Source: Bigelowiella natans CCMP2755
Taxonomy: Eukaryota > Protista > Cercozoa
Reading direction: 5' to 3'
Assembly: GCA_000320545.1 (NCBI GenBank)
Contig: ADNK01002057.1
Span: forward strand, 1 to 57,808
DNA length: 57,808 nucleotides
The translations under genes and the position numbers were made by a program. The notes under the pieces are model-generated. The model worked only from the letters and a program-made list of their open reading frames with translations, did no database searches and had not been told where the DNA came from. This document shows, piece by piece, positions 25,248-42,406 of this stretch. Numbering within the stretch: position 1 is the first letter of the stretch; every line of letters begins with the position of its first letter.

Positions 25248-26556
25248 GCACACAGACACTTCGAATATCTCTGTTTCAGTGAACGGCATCATCACCGTTT
25301 GATGCTTTGCAAGCAACGCGGCAGGATCTTCGATCTTGGCGAAGATCTTCCGATATTCTCCGTGCAGGTCGGGATGAAACAGGATACCGAAGGCACCGAC
25401 TGCTTGATCTGTCAATCGCGAGGAGAATATATTATACATCAGCCATCGTCGATAAAGCCAAACACAGCATGTACAACACCAATACAGAAGCTGTTCTCCA
25501 ATGTAAACAGCATTTATTTTGCATCATAAATAATCATATTTTGGTAATATCGATAAGACGGGGCAGTAATTGTGCTCCCCCCCCCCCCTTCCCCTCAGGG
25601 TCATCACCTCGGCGTGCGCTGATGCCAATCCCTTCCGTAGCAACGGTTAGCAATCTTCAACCACAACACCACCCGCATATTAACAAAGATAGCAGATGAT
25701 GATGATATTAATGATGACGATGATGATGATAAGGAGGAGGAGGAGGAGGAGGAGAAGTAAAAGGCAACAAAATGGAGACATTCACACCTCATATACACAT
25801 CCAAAGAGAGAGTTTGGTTCAGTCAACCACAAAGAGAGGGGAGGGGGGACTCATTTCTCACGCTGATTTATGTAAATAAATTGACACTCACTTGTCCACA
25901 TGCGCCTTCGCTGTCTTTTCGTCCTCAAATGGCAGGAATAACCCTAATATAAGCAATGTTATGCACACGGAAGTACAAGCACGCACACACACACACACAC
26001 ACACACAATATATTTATATATAAAGGAAGCTTCAAATATATGATTCCAACATACTCAACGTCGACTCACCACTCTATTGCTGCTACTAGCTACTACTGTA
26101 CCGTTCTTGGCCAAACGTAGCAGCTGCTGCATGTAATGACTGACGATATTCCGATCCTGATTGATATTGAATTTACCCTCATCTCATGATAAGCAGCACC
26201 GAATATTAGAGCTCCGTCGAGAATAGTTGCGAATGAGAAGATCGGGCAACAAAAATGACGATAACAACATCCAAACCATGATAATATCCCGACGAAATCG
26301 ATTATTTATATGCAGGAACTGGCTAATTACTACAACTACTACTATTACTACTACTACCACTACTACTACTACTACTACTACCATTGACTTTGAGTTTGCA
26401 GCAATGCCCTTCTGGAATCGTGCTAGCACTTTCGCAGGTACCACCTAGGAATAACAACACCCCAATGGACGATGGATCACTCAAATGGACAGGGGGGGGG
26501 GTGGGGGGCATCGTTGTTACAACGAGTGCGTGCAAGCGCACAATGGATAACTTCAT

Positions 26557-26587
<31 letters not shown>

Positions 26588-27000
26588 TATATCAATGCTG
26601 AAACGCACTCTCCAGCCAGAAACAGCTCATATTCAAGATTCTGCTCGAAATTACGTGCCTCAGCATCACCACCATCATTAACAGCAGCAGCAGCAGCAGC
26701 ATAGATCTTAGCCTGTGATCTGCCCCTCCATAGGCACTCAGAGAAAGCAAAAATTCATTGGTCTAAAGAAATGACATGGATGAGCTAATCTTCACGTGCT
26801 ATGATACCTTACGATGAATAGTCCATCCAACGATGGTGTCCAAAGCAATGACCCTCACTGCCAAAACAATTTGCTTTAGAATGTAGTGGCGATTAATGGT
26901 GATGACAATTATGGCAACAAGGATGATGACGATTAGAGCGCACTACCGTCATCATGGGATTCTCTCTTCATCAGCGACTGTGAATTCGGTGGCGTGGCAA

Positions 27001-27040
<40 letters not shown>

Positions 27041-27150
27041 ACGTGCGTGTTATAAATTGAAATCAAGTAGTACTTAAGGTGATGCTGGTGGCGACAATGA
27101 TAATGATGATGATGTTTGCGATGATGACGATGACGATGACGATGATGGTA

Positions 27151-27184
<34 letters not shown>

Positions 27185-29181
27185 TGTGTGTGTGCGCGCG
27201 CGCATAATCAATACTAGAAGATCCAATATCGGCCGCGTGCTGAGGTCCTTTAGAGCCTTTTCACCTAGAAGAAAACACCATCATCATCATCATTATCAAC
27301 AGCAGCAGCAGCAGCATATTATCATCCATCGTTATCATGAGAAAATATACTTAGTTTTTTGGACTCGCCAATCACACGAAGTGCCATCACCTGCACACAC
27401 ACACACAAATTGAATATGTAAGCATTTCGGGGAGAGGGGGGAACACAGCGACGAGACGGTGATATGATGAAAATGATGCTGCGACGATATTAGGAAGGGG
27501 GGGTGGGGACATTGGTGTTGTGCATGCTGTTGCTCTTGTACACAGCAGAAGGACAATGAGCTACAAGCTCCATTATTACTAAAATACCATTGTGATCCTT
27601 GTAGCAGGATCGACGATGATAGGACTGCCTTTCTTAGCCGAAAGGGATTCGCCTGGTAGCATGATAAAGTTATGATTTGAGAACAACAGATATTACAACA
27701 TGCATACATGCCGTCATCGATGGCCACGTAAATACCGCTACTTATATTGCTACTGAATCATGAGATGGCTGGTGCATCTAATGTAACGTTATACACTGGT
27801 ACTACGCCTTTTTCTACTCTATTTATCTTCTTTTCACGCATCATCATCATTCTCCTCCCCTTCCTCATCATCATCATCATCTCAATGACCAAGTGTCGTC
27901 GTAAACTTTATCAGCTCTTTCGCATCGATGCATGAGCTCGCCAGACGCTTGACGCATATGAGGGCGTTGTGCCGACGCCACGGAGCCTCATTTTGAAGGC
28001 CGCTTACGAGGAATGGTGACTGAGCGATTTATCATCATGGTCGTTATTATCATCATCATCATAACTTCAATGATATATCATCACATCTCCCGGGTGTTGT
28101 AATTACCAAATCCGTGATGTACTTGCTGAGATCGAGCCGATTATCCCGCAAATATTCACCCTAAATGGCCATTTGATATGAGGGCGTTGGGGAGGAGGAG
28201 GATAGTGATGACAACGATGATGATGATACCGACCCTTTCCCCCCCCCCCCTCCCTCTATCTTCCATTCTTTCTTCTCATACTTACCAGGATCCTCATCGT
28301 TTCGGCAGGAAGCTTCTTGAGATTTTGCATGATTGGCGGCCAGACCGACTTTGCAAACTCTCCCTCGCCAATAGCCTTTGTTTAGTCAAAAATCATTCAC
28401 AGATATGCGGTTGTTTGTTGTCCCCGTATGATGGAATCCGACGATTCTATTTAAAATTAGTCCAAATTACAATCCCCCTCCCTCTTCTCTATCACTACCT
28501 CTATGACGTATTGGTAGGGAAGCAAGGAGAACTCGCTCATTCCCTCCCCCCCTTTCTTCTCAGAGGAGGAGGACGCCGCTGACGATAGGGAGTCCATCAG
28601 GCTGGAAATCATCCATTTCTGACGTGATCAATGTGACACACACAAACACACACGCAGACATATATAATATTTATATTAGCCTTTTAAATACAGAGAGAAG
28701 AACAGTCTCATCTCAAAATATAGCCGAGCGCGCCCTCATCTCCCTTCTCAAATCACTCATGGTGTTCTATTGTTTTTTCAATGCCCCCTCACAGCCGCCC
28801 ATTCGTCCATGGTCACAGGAGCGCGGTGCAGTGGTAGAGAAGAGCAGTTGATGAGTCATCGTCATCATCATCATCATCAAGGGAGGTATTATGTGTAAGA
28901 CTAGTCACCGTCGTTGTGGGGTGCTAAACGATGGTTCTGTCCCATACACATATGCAACACAACCCTATCCGAAGATGGAGACTAACACCATCGCCAAGCC
29001 TTTCGACTACCACAACTCCGCACTCAAATATGGACAATGAAGAGAGCACGAGGAGGGCTTGATGTTGATATGTTTTGCATGCCACTGTCCCCTTCAGTAC
29101 CCCCGTTATTATGGGGGGAGGGAGAGGCGGGACAGGGCATGAGTCTCGGTTCTAATCATCGGGCGCGCGCGCTCTTTCTCC

Positions 29182-29216
<35 letters not shown>

Positions 29217-29329
29217 ATGTATTTCCATTTCTCTCTTTGTGGGAGGCAGGCAGTTGCTCCCTACTCTTATGGGAGGAAAATATGTGGTGTGAAATGTAAG
29301 GAAAGGGTACACCACGTTCTTTATCCGCT

Positions 29330-29362
<33 letters not shown>

Positions 29363-29746
29363 TCATACGAGGTAATGGAGATAATAGTCAAACCATCACA
29401 ACGTTCATCATCATCATCATCATTTTGTACAAAGTATTTATGACTTAGCACCTTAAGAGGTAGCGCTTGAGGAGCAAGCTTTTGGCGGAATTTCGGCTTT
29501 AAAGCAACCTCCTAGTAGGAGGAGAGAAAGAGAAGAACGAAGGGGGAGGAGGAGGAGGAGGAGGAGGAGGAGGAGGGGGGGGGGGGATTAAAGGAGTACA
29601 GACACCGATTGTGCACATGCACAAACAACCGTGACACCCCCCTCCCCCGACCGACCACACACCAACAACTTTATATGTTGCAATGTGTATATTCACACAC
29701 ACACACACACACGCACATGTATAAAAATATTTATATAATTATATAC

Positions 29747-29778
<32 letters not shown>

Positions 29779-30751
29779 GCCCCTATTGCTTTTGCTAGTT
29801 TCGCAGCGCAACAGTGATTCGGACGTGTCCCTCTTCTTACTTGCATCATCCTGAGCGTCATCGAGCGCTTGTTACCCTTCTTCTCTGCAATGCCCAGGTA
29901 TCTGTACAACAGAGCCACCACGCAACGAAAAGGAGGCGTTCAGATTGAAAATATTGGCAGAATGATGGAGATAATGAAAGGAGGCCTCCATTGCGATGTC
30001 TTGTTTGCAGCTGCATTCAGCGAAATCTTACGTCTTGCGCCTAATTTCCTTGCTACCTCTCCCCACCCCCCACAAACCCGCTTACTTTTCTTTAAGTGTT
30101 TTGCTGAGCTTCTCCTCGGCCCCGAGGATGGTGTGAGCAATCCATGCCGATACCTTCATAAGGAGAAATAATAGATCAAACGCTTCAGGTGACACATACT
30201 TTTTGTTCGCAGCATTTGCATGTGATGACAGGAAATTGATGCTATGTGATCGTAGAATTCTTGTCGAGATCTAACCCTATTCATCTCCCCTCCCCCCCAC
30301 CCACACAAACACATGCACAACTCACGTCACCTTCGTCACGACTTTCGACGGGGAGTGTTTCAGCGCCTCGAGGAGCTGACATTGGCCGGTGAAGAAACTT
30401 GGAAATTCTTCCGAGATTAAGGTGTAGAACTCCGGTAATGCACCTGTTTTTTTGTTGCAATTGTGTCCGATGTTGGTGATGATAATGACTCGTGAATTGA
30501 AAGCGGAGGTCGGAAATGACATCCACCATTATCATCATCACAACTACCACTCAGTATCGATGATACTATCATTAAAAGGATCACACCACCGAAGAGAAAC
30601 ATTAGCCCTACCGATAACGTGCAACCACCACCACTACCAACAGCTTACCTCTCAGAAAGGCGAAACTTATCCGAACTATCCTCCCCTGCAAGTGAGCGTT
30701 GGGTTTGCAAAAAAACGAATGAGAAATGCAAAAGTGGAGGAACGAAGAGTA

Positions 30752-30799
<48 letters not shown>

Positions 30800-31734
30800 G
30801 TGACTGTGTATTCGGTCCGTACTATTTTGCTGTAGTCCATCGATTTGGCAGCTGCCGACGCCTTCGGTTTGAAGCTTGCTGCGAATTCCTCCACGAAACT
30901 CTTCCTAATTTCCGGCAGCACCTCGAAACCTTTCTTCTCCCCGCGCATCTGTGGGCAAGCCAAAACCAATCAATTCATCACCACGGCAGTCGTGGTGCTT
31001 ATTTCGTCGCCGTCACGCAGCATTCGGTGTCGGTGAATATCTCTTCTCTGTTCTCTCATTGATTGCTATCTCGATTAGTGAAGAATACCTGCATCTTCCC
31101 AGAGGCAAAGCACGCAACAGCATCCTCGGCGATTCGGACGGCAGCGGAAGCGTTCTGCGAAGAATATTAGCAGTACAAAGCAGCAACACGTAAGGACAAA
31201 GAAGCAGCCATTGGTTTCGAAATTCGAGGAGGGATAGATTTCGACAATTATCTCTTGCATTCAGTCGATTCTGGGCGAGATCGTTCAGCAAGCAACCCAT
31301 CCCCCCAGTAACCCTCTACTATCTTTCTTATCTTCCTTCTATCTTCGCATGTGCGACGACTGATGTGCGACGACTGATTTGCAACCTACCCAGTCCATCA
31401 TTCGATGTACGCCAACAACTAAGGCCTTTCCAAGTCTGACATACGCTTTATTCTTTGCCTTGGTGTCTCCTTCATCTTTCCCCTCAGCCGCAGCTTTCGG
31501 ATCAGCAGCTGCTTCTGGAGGAGTCAGGGCGGTGAGCATCATCTCCGCAACAACTGCCTTTTGCAGCGCCTCACTGCTCTGGGCCTCCACGATATCCGCC
31601 ATACTAAAGCCCAGATCTGCATCGATCACCGCTTGCTCTTTTCTTCTTCTTCTCCCCTTCCGCTTTCTCCTGGCGGCCCTGCCGACACCTCTTCCTCCCC
31701 CCCCTCTTCCACGCCCTCGACCTGGTTGCGGCAT
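15825..31734 (-). CDS. GCN1: eIF2-alpha kinase activator GCN1 (HEAT-repeat protein), multi-exon
   Basis: Large exons contain GCN1 signatures: YGVRKGAAFGLGGIVKGLG, REGALFAYERL..LG..FEPC, WRTKLESIGLLGSMAHC, LIDTSFVHAVDAASLALLIPI, ERSGAAL, RQGVCLGLSEI, ITGPLIR, LQTTFRKSL. Splice joins checked at ~21360/21115, ~19015/18811, ~17068/16825 and ~16697/16548. The many small 5' exons (23790-31734) are assigned by strand and continuity and are less certain. Confidence 0.85.
23430..30800. repeat. Microsatellite-dense intronic zone: (CAT)n, (GT)n/(CA)n, (GA)n/(CT)n, (GAG)n, (TAC)n, (TA)n
   Basis: Examples: (GT)n 24125-24158, (GAG)n 24599-24634, compound (GT)(CT)(CA) 25127-25257, (CA)n 27003-27039, (TA)n 29750-29778, (GA)n 30757-30797. 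Confidence 0.95.
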
Positions 31735-32077
31735 TTTCTTTTTGTTGATCGGAACGGTTGTCGCAGAAACAAAACCGCAATCAATTCCCACTATTCCTTG
31801 CGTCGACGCAGGCGATTTCGGCTAGTCGCAGCCACGGGCCGAAATTTCCGGCCGTATTCGGGCCTCACGGAGATTTTTCGTTCCACTTTCGATCCTGGCT
31901 TATTTCTCGTCGGAGAAACATCTGGGAACCGTGCTCGAATGTTCCAGGTCTTGATCTCATTCGGTTCCGACGTAGAAGCAGACGCTGTTAGATATTTTCC
32001 GCACTAAAAAATGTCCTAAAGTAGTCTGCCCTTCCCTGGAACTGATCTTGCTCGAAGCATCCTCCGCCCCCTTCCGC
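31735..32077. promoter_or_regulatory. Putative bidirectional promoter between GCN1 and the metallopeptidase
   Basis: Only ~340 bp separate the divergent ATGs. The interval is CpG-rich and free of microsatellites. No specific motif was identified. Confidence 0.45.
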
Positions 32078-34753
32078 ATGAGTAGTAACACACGCTACTC
32101 ATTAGCCAATGAAAAAAGACCCTCCCCTACAGAAACAATAGGATACCGGGTGCGTTGCTCCAAGACCCACTCTGGATGGGCATGGGACGTCAAACGCCTT
32201 CGCTTCTTCGGCAAGAACGGCAAAGCGACGTTTCCACTTCGGCCGATCGAATCCGGCAATGCAGGGAAAGGCTACGAAGCGGCAGGGGCCATTCTGGAGG
32301 GTAAAGCAGGAATGTGGGGAGGACGGAGCGATTGCAAAGGCCAGTTTTGGATTGGAGGGGAGTTCCCCATCGGAACGGAGATATCAAGGTACGAGCTGGA
32401 AGAGGTGCAAGATGATCCTCACAATTCTGTCGCAGGCTCTACGCTTCTAGAGCGTCGAGATACTGCTAGCCCTAATAGTACAGATGGTGCCTCCTGGGTT
32501 CCGCATCATACAGCGACGGTGCGAGCTGGTAAGCCTTTTCGCCTAGTGCATAACACGCAGTTAGGATAGGGAGAAAGAAGGAGAAAGGGGGAAGAGGCTG
32601 GGAGGGAGAAGAAATCGTCGCACGCTGTCTCATATCACTAATAGTCATACCATCTACTGCTAGGCACCGACAAGAAGAGCGAAGGAGCGGGGGCCAAAAG
32701 TAGCTCCTCCTCCTCCTCCTCCTCCTCCTCCTCCTCGTCTCCATCGTACAGAGTTCGCTGTTCAGACACCAGCTCAGGCTGGGCCTGGGACATCTGCGAC
32801 CTGCGATTTTTCTCGACCAAGTCGTCGTCAAATATGTCAGGAGGGGGGGGAGTGCAAAGGGTGTATCCACTCAAGCCCATCGAGTCAGGCTCTGCAGGCC
32901 CTGGCTACTCAGCAGAAGGTGCTTTATCAATGGGGAGCGGCCAGCTTTGGGGGGGGCGCAAGGATCCGAACAATGGTGGTGATATATGGATCGGTGGCAA
33001 GTTTCCAGTTGGTACTATAATTTCGCACGTTGAGCTGAAGGAGCATGCTTCTCATCGGGCTGAGGCTGGCAGTCTTTCTCTTGAGTGCCTCAACGAAAAT
33101 GGGCGGTGGATAGCGGTGAAAGACGACGATGGGGCGGACGGAGTCAAAGGTGGCGAGGAAGATGGCGATGAAAGAGAAGGAAAGGAGACTCCCTTCTCCT
33201 TCTCCTTTGCTGGTGGGAGGGAAAAAAAAAAACGGGTAAAGAAAGTTGTGTTCGAGCTGCCAGTGCCAAAGGACGAAGAGTTACTCAGCAAGCCTTCGCG
33301 ACATCTGAATGGAAGAGTCCACTCGGTCTGCTACAAGGTAAATTGATCCCCTTGTCTGCTTACTCGAAGCAGAGAGAGGCAATCACTAGTATGGAAGGGA
33401 CAAGTAGACATTGACGATACTCCTTTTGCCTTCATCATCATCATTATCACCATCATCATCATTTTATCATTCTCCTGCTCACACCCAAAACCCTTCCACT
33501 CACACAGGCCGAACTACACGAGAACCCACTCTCCTCCTCCTCCTCCTCCTCCTCTTCCTCCTCCTCCTCCCTGTCCCCCGCCCCCCCAATTCACGCCGGA
33601 CCGCAAGTTCTACCACGCCGAATGCTGCGAGGGGCTATGGGTGTGCGTGTCACATCGGTGCGGAAAGGACATCCTGGCCAAGGCGTGTGCGCTCGTGAGA
33701 CGTACCATTCCAGAAAAGCAGCGTTCTCTGTGGGGCGCCTTTAGAAGCCCAAAATGGGCGAAAGATCCCGGGCCTATGCGTATTGTGGTGTTAGACAATC
33801 GCACGAATGAGGAGGCAGGCTGCATTCCGGAGCTGCAGGATGGTTCCCGTGGTCGCAACGGCACTTCCTGCCCATTTGTCTTCACCAGCCGCGAGGACTT
33901 CGAAGAGGGGGTGGGGGGGGGTAGCTGGAAGCCTTTCCAGCTGACTGTCCATGAGATGACGCATGGTGCGGATATGGTGATTCGGCAACTCATCGACCCT
34001 TACTTCCACTACCAGGTTGCATTGCTGTGGGAGAAGCACGCGGATAAGTTTCTGATCCAGAGGCAGAAACAGGAAACTTATCGCTGGACTGGTAACTATC
34101 TTGATTGGTTTTTGGGGGGGGGGGGGGGAGGAGGAGGAGGAGGGAAGCCGCCAATAAGTCCATCAGCTGTAACGACATTGTTGTTGTTGTTGTTGTTGTT
34201 CTCTTTTCTCTTTACTCTCGTCGTCGTACTTTCATGCTGTCGCAGCTATCCTCGCCAATGGAAGGCAAGTTTTGAGGGAGGAGCAAGCACCAGAAAGATA
34301 CTGCTACGCTGCTGCCAACCGTGACGAGTACCCCAGAAATCCTTTGAGAGGAAGAGGGAGAGGAGGAGGAGGAGAGCAGAGAGGGAGAAGACGTGTAACA
34401 TTATTATCAGCAAATAAATAATCGGTGTTCCTCCTTACAATGTTGTCCAAAAATCCATTTCGAAATACTCATCAAGCCGTTTCTATTTAATGATTCTCAT
34501 GTAGTATCCCCCCCCCCCCCCCTTTTTCCTTCTCACCTTCCATTGATTCGAAATATGTTGCAATTGGAGACTTACATTCTGGATGCAATTCTGTGATTGC
34601 CCTAGGTTTTTGGCCGAGTGTCACACAATCGCGCAAGGGCTGCATGTACGATCAGACGACTATAAATTGTGCAGTCTGAGCACACCAGAAGAATTGGGCA
34701 AGGCAATGCCCGATGTGGTCGCCCTTCTACGAGCTTACTTCAACCTCCCTTAA
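32078..34753 (+). CDS. Zinc metallopeptidase of the lethal-factor/MtfA-like (HExxH...Y-x-x-x-N-x-x-E-F-x-A-E) type, preceded by two tandem ~120-aa domains
   Basis: LTVHEMTHG at 33950-33964. Downstream spliced exons give RYCYAAANRDE|FLAECH...STPEELGKAMPDVVALLRAYFNLP* (TAA 34751-34753). Both N-terminal repeats read YRVRCSxTxSGWAWD..LRFF..PLxPIESGxAGxGYxAxGA..WGGR..WIGGxFPxGT. A probable 1-nt homopolymer error lies near 33575-33587. Confidence 0.7.
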
Positions 34754-35194
34754 GAAAGCAATGCGACATAGAAGCATGAAATAGATGGGTAATCCGCTTA
34801 AGGACTTTTATCATCCAGAAACAGATTCTACTACTTCCTACGCATGTGCTGCATTCAGAGCCATCATGTACATGTTTGTGCGGCGTGTGTGTGTGTGTGT
34901 GTGTGTGGATATGAATATGTGTTTTGCTTAGGTCACTTCAGGACGCTTCCACCGATAAGCTCTATACAGCTTGTGAGTCAGCAGAAATCTCACATTGTAG
35001 TGCTACGGCTAGGTAGTAGTTCATCTTGGTGGCGTCACCAGTACTGGAATGTTACGTTAAATTAGAAGCTCAAAGCGTGAGTTCTCTGTTTTGCTTGCTG
35101 GTCATTTTCGACATGCGTTATCTGACACTAGTCCTTCTGATATACGCTATCGATCGTGTTATGAACCGAGGAAATACATGCATGGCGACACATG

Positions 35195-35265
35195 TGAGAT
35201 AGATGTAATGAAGTGATTAAATACTTTCAATAGTCATCTTAATGTAGCTGTGCAAAATGTAGCGC
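35195..35265 (-). mobile_element. Degenerate LINE 3'-end fragment
   Basis: GAGATAGATGTAATGAA...TTCAATAGTCATCTTAATGTAGCTGTGCAA matches 46422-46485 in the same orientation. Confidence 0.7.
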
Positions 35266-35607
35266 GTTGGTGGCATCATTCGTGAAATTGGCACGCTAGC
35301 ACGTGCAACGTCGGCTCGATTTCTACATCAATTAAGCTCAAGGCAATGTAGAGCACTGCGATGAATGGGCGCCGTGTTCGATACATGACTCTCAACGGAA
35401 TTTGCATGCACTAGCTTAAGCGCTGTCCATTGGTATGCGCGTCGTTTTCGCTGTGACGCCGCGAAATTGCGGGCTTCATTCCAACGATCGCTACTGTGAC
35501 AATGAGTTTATGACGAACCGCAAGGCGTATACAAAAATGACCTCATCGCTGAGCCACAATGGCTGAATCACATGCACACATGAGCACAAATAGATGGGTG
35601 TCATTAA

Positions 35608-39550
<3,943 letters not shown>

Positions 39551-40305
39551 TCCCGACAGCCGCTCGGGGAAGCAGAGTTGTGCAGGAGAATCCTCGAAAA
39601 CCTACTTTCATTGCCACTTTGTAACAGAGACAATAAAATAATGAGCAAATTCACTGAAAACGGCATCAAATACCAAATCCCGCAACTCTCTTGGCGCGCA
39701 CGTCAACCTCTCCCGTAAAATGATCGTACCAAAATCATCAGGGATTAGATCTAGATCTACTGGATTATCATTCCCGTTGTTCTCCAGTGAAATCCCTGTT
39801 CAAATTTGAGTTCCGAGTACTGGTTAAGCGACAAAGTAAAACAGAATTTTCTCGCGATGATTCCAGTGCATTTTATGTCGCTCAAGGAGGGCAGTTTTCA
39901 TCCCAGAAGACAGAAGGTGGAACGAAACAGATTCTTGATAGACGACTTTGAATGTTGTATGTCTTTATGAAGTTTTGGCTGAAAAAGACAACATTCATTC
40001 ACCATCGAAAAAGGGTCCTCCTCCCGTCCCTTCCCTCCCCCAGCATCATTCCCTTTCCTTACACCATGTTTTCCTAGGATGGAACAGTGTTATGAATTCA
40101 ATTTCTTACGATATTTCAATGTCACGCAATGGTGTTTCGGGCGAAGATATGAGAATCTATTTTTGAAAAAAACTAATTTTCCGCTGCGGTGTCCGTATAA
40201 GGCGCACCACACTTCACCTAGAATATTCTAGCAAAAGTTCTCTTTTGTATTTCAATAAGAATTTTAATTTTAATTTAGGTTAGCAAACTGTAGGCGAGGG
40301 AAACG

Positions 40306-41386
40306 ATGAAGTCGCGTAACAATAAGCTTCAAAGTGCGGCGCGGAAAAAAGTAAAAACATTTATTATTCCTCTTTCGGACATCATTCACACTGGATTTTC
40401 CTGTACATTTAGGAAGCCCAAGGAGGGTCTAGTTGTCACCAATGTAAGAGTAGAAGAAATTGCTCTGATTTGACATACTGTACAAGTAATTTGGACAAGA
40501 AGAAAAAGGTTAGAATATTCTGAAATTATGAACTCGTCATCCAGTTCTCACAAATGCTTTTGGTAAGCAAAAATGCCGGAAAAAGTATTGTGAGCACTGC
40601 CTCCGAAAGTTCTACAGGGAGTCACCGGCACAAATAAATGAGAAACCCACGTAAGCTAATTTCGGGATGATGGGAATGAGATGTATCATTTAAAACTAAA
40701 ATTAATTTCAGGTGGAAGTGTCCTTCTTGCCGGAAGATCTGTTGCTGTGCAGCTTGCAGGCGCCGTGAGATGCGGGATAAAGTAAAAATCAGTTTAGAAT
40801 TAAGCTTGATACTTAAGTGTAACTTCGCTGACAATGGATTAACTGCAACATGCATGAATGTACATCTTTGAAGGAAAATGGAACTTCGAGCGCCACAACT
40901 ACAGCCCCCTCCCACGCGACATCGATCAGCGAGCCTAGAATCGGTATTGTGCTATATTTTATGTGTAGTGAACCCTCTAATTTTAACACTGTCTCTAGCT
41001 TCAACGACACAGCAGAGACCGCCACCATCGATGGGAATTGAATACCCCGCCAATGGGCATGACTCTCCTCCGAGTGAGTAACTTGATTTCTCTTTTTCTG
41101 TGCGTCAATTTTCTGATATATTTGTTCTGTTTCTTCTGTAGGTTTGAATCCTTTTGCGTCATCAGCTTCGTCAACCAGCTCGTTTAAAGCTCTCTACGCC
41201 ATTGCCCAAATGCCCAGCGTTAAGAAACACATAAAATATATCTTAAGCAGGAAGGATATCACGGATGCTCAACGTGTGGAATCAATAGCAACACTTCTTC
41301 GTGGTTCGTCTTCCAAATCTTCAAGGCCAAAACAGGAGGATATGAAAGGAGAGGGTTATAATCATCATATGGGTGGTACAAAATGA
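40306..41386 (+). CDS. Small zf-4CXXC_R1 (CDCA7/R1-type zinc finger) protein
   Basis: Spliced translation: MKSRNNKLQSAARKK|EAQGGSSCHQCKSRRNCSDLTYCTSNLDKKKK|QKCRKKYCEHCLRKFYRESPAQINEKPT|WKCPSCRKICCCAACRRREMRDK|...GGTK*. The Cys pattern matches zf-4CXXC_R1. Confidence 0.85.
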
Positions 41387-42185
41387 GTACATGTTTGAGC
41401 TGTATGGCCTAGAGAAAGAGTCAGTCAATGGAGACTGAAGATTTGTCGTAGTCCAGAACTGGGTTGAATAAATAAAGGCAAAATTGAAAAGAGCTCTCCC
41501 ATATTCATAATTTGAGTGGCTCTTCGATGTGTATTAGATTTAATGATATAAGATGAACGACTACCAGGGGTTTTCACATACACTACCTCTTCCCCCTCCA
41601 GGCCCCTGAGTGCGTGCCAAGATTATTTGTCACACATTTTCCTTGATTCAATAATTGTGCTGTATTTGATGATGCAATGTTAAGTAAATAAATGAATAAA
41701 GGGCTTTGATTATCCAAGTTTTCTGTTATCCCCAGTGCATGCATACGTCGTGGGTGTTTGCACATAAATATCGTTGGTACATAAATGTCATTGGCATATA
41801 TTTTGAACAGCTGGCACAATCGTTGCATTGCTATGCGTACAGAATGTATCAAATCTTCAGTAGCCTGCACTAGCCACATTGCGTAGGCTGCCACCACTAC
41901 CATTTATTTTATAATTTCCATAGCTTGCTGCTCTGGCTAGCTGGGCCATTGTTAGGCGGGTTAGTGTTAGGGGCATAACAGCACCAGCTATAACACATAT
42001 ATGGCGCGTATGTCTTAAGATGTATCGTAGCGCATGGAATGCTAGAATGCTTGAAACACATGGCTAGATGGCATGTGTACATGTGTACGACATGTGCATG
42101 TACTAGTGTAGCTGAAGTACAACACGTGTAGTAGCATTGTATGTGCTGCTAATGTTCTTCGAAAGCGTGTGTTATACACAAAACT

Positions 42186-42234
42186 ACATAAGGATGACCA
42201 TTGAACAAATTTAATTGATTAATTACATCCGTCT
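42186..42234 (+). mobile_element. Very short LINE 3'-end insertion with 11-bp target-site duplication
   Basis: ACATAAGGATGACCATTGAA...ATTACATCCGTCT, flanked by TACACAAAACT at 42175-42185 and 42235-42245. Confidence 0.8.
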
Positions 42235-42406
42235 TACACAAAACTTCTCTATTCTGCATAGCTCTAGAGCTCCGCAGTAACACAAATTTAATTGAAATTG
42301 AAAATTTAGCTAATGCTCACATGTGAATTGATCATATGTCGCGCAGAAATATTTTGGAAATGGTGAAAGCTGGAATATAATAGTTGGCTTGATATCTCAA
42401 AGTACT

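Noticed and set aside
41565-41903. CACTA/hAT-like end and 106-aa minus-strand ORF
   Set aside because: No matching second terminus or recognisable transposase motif. It may be a relic but cannot be supported.
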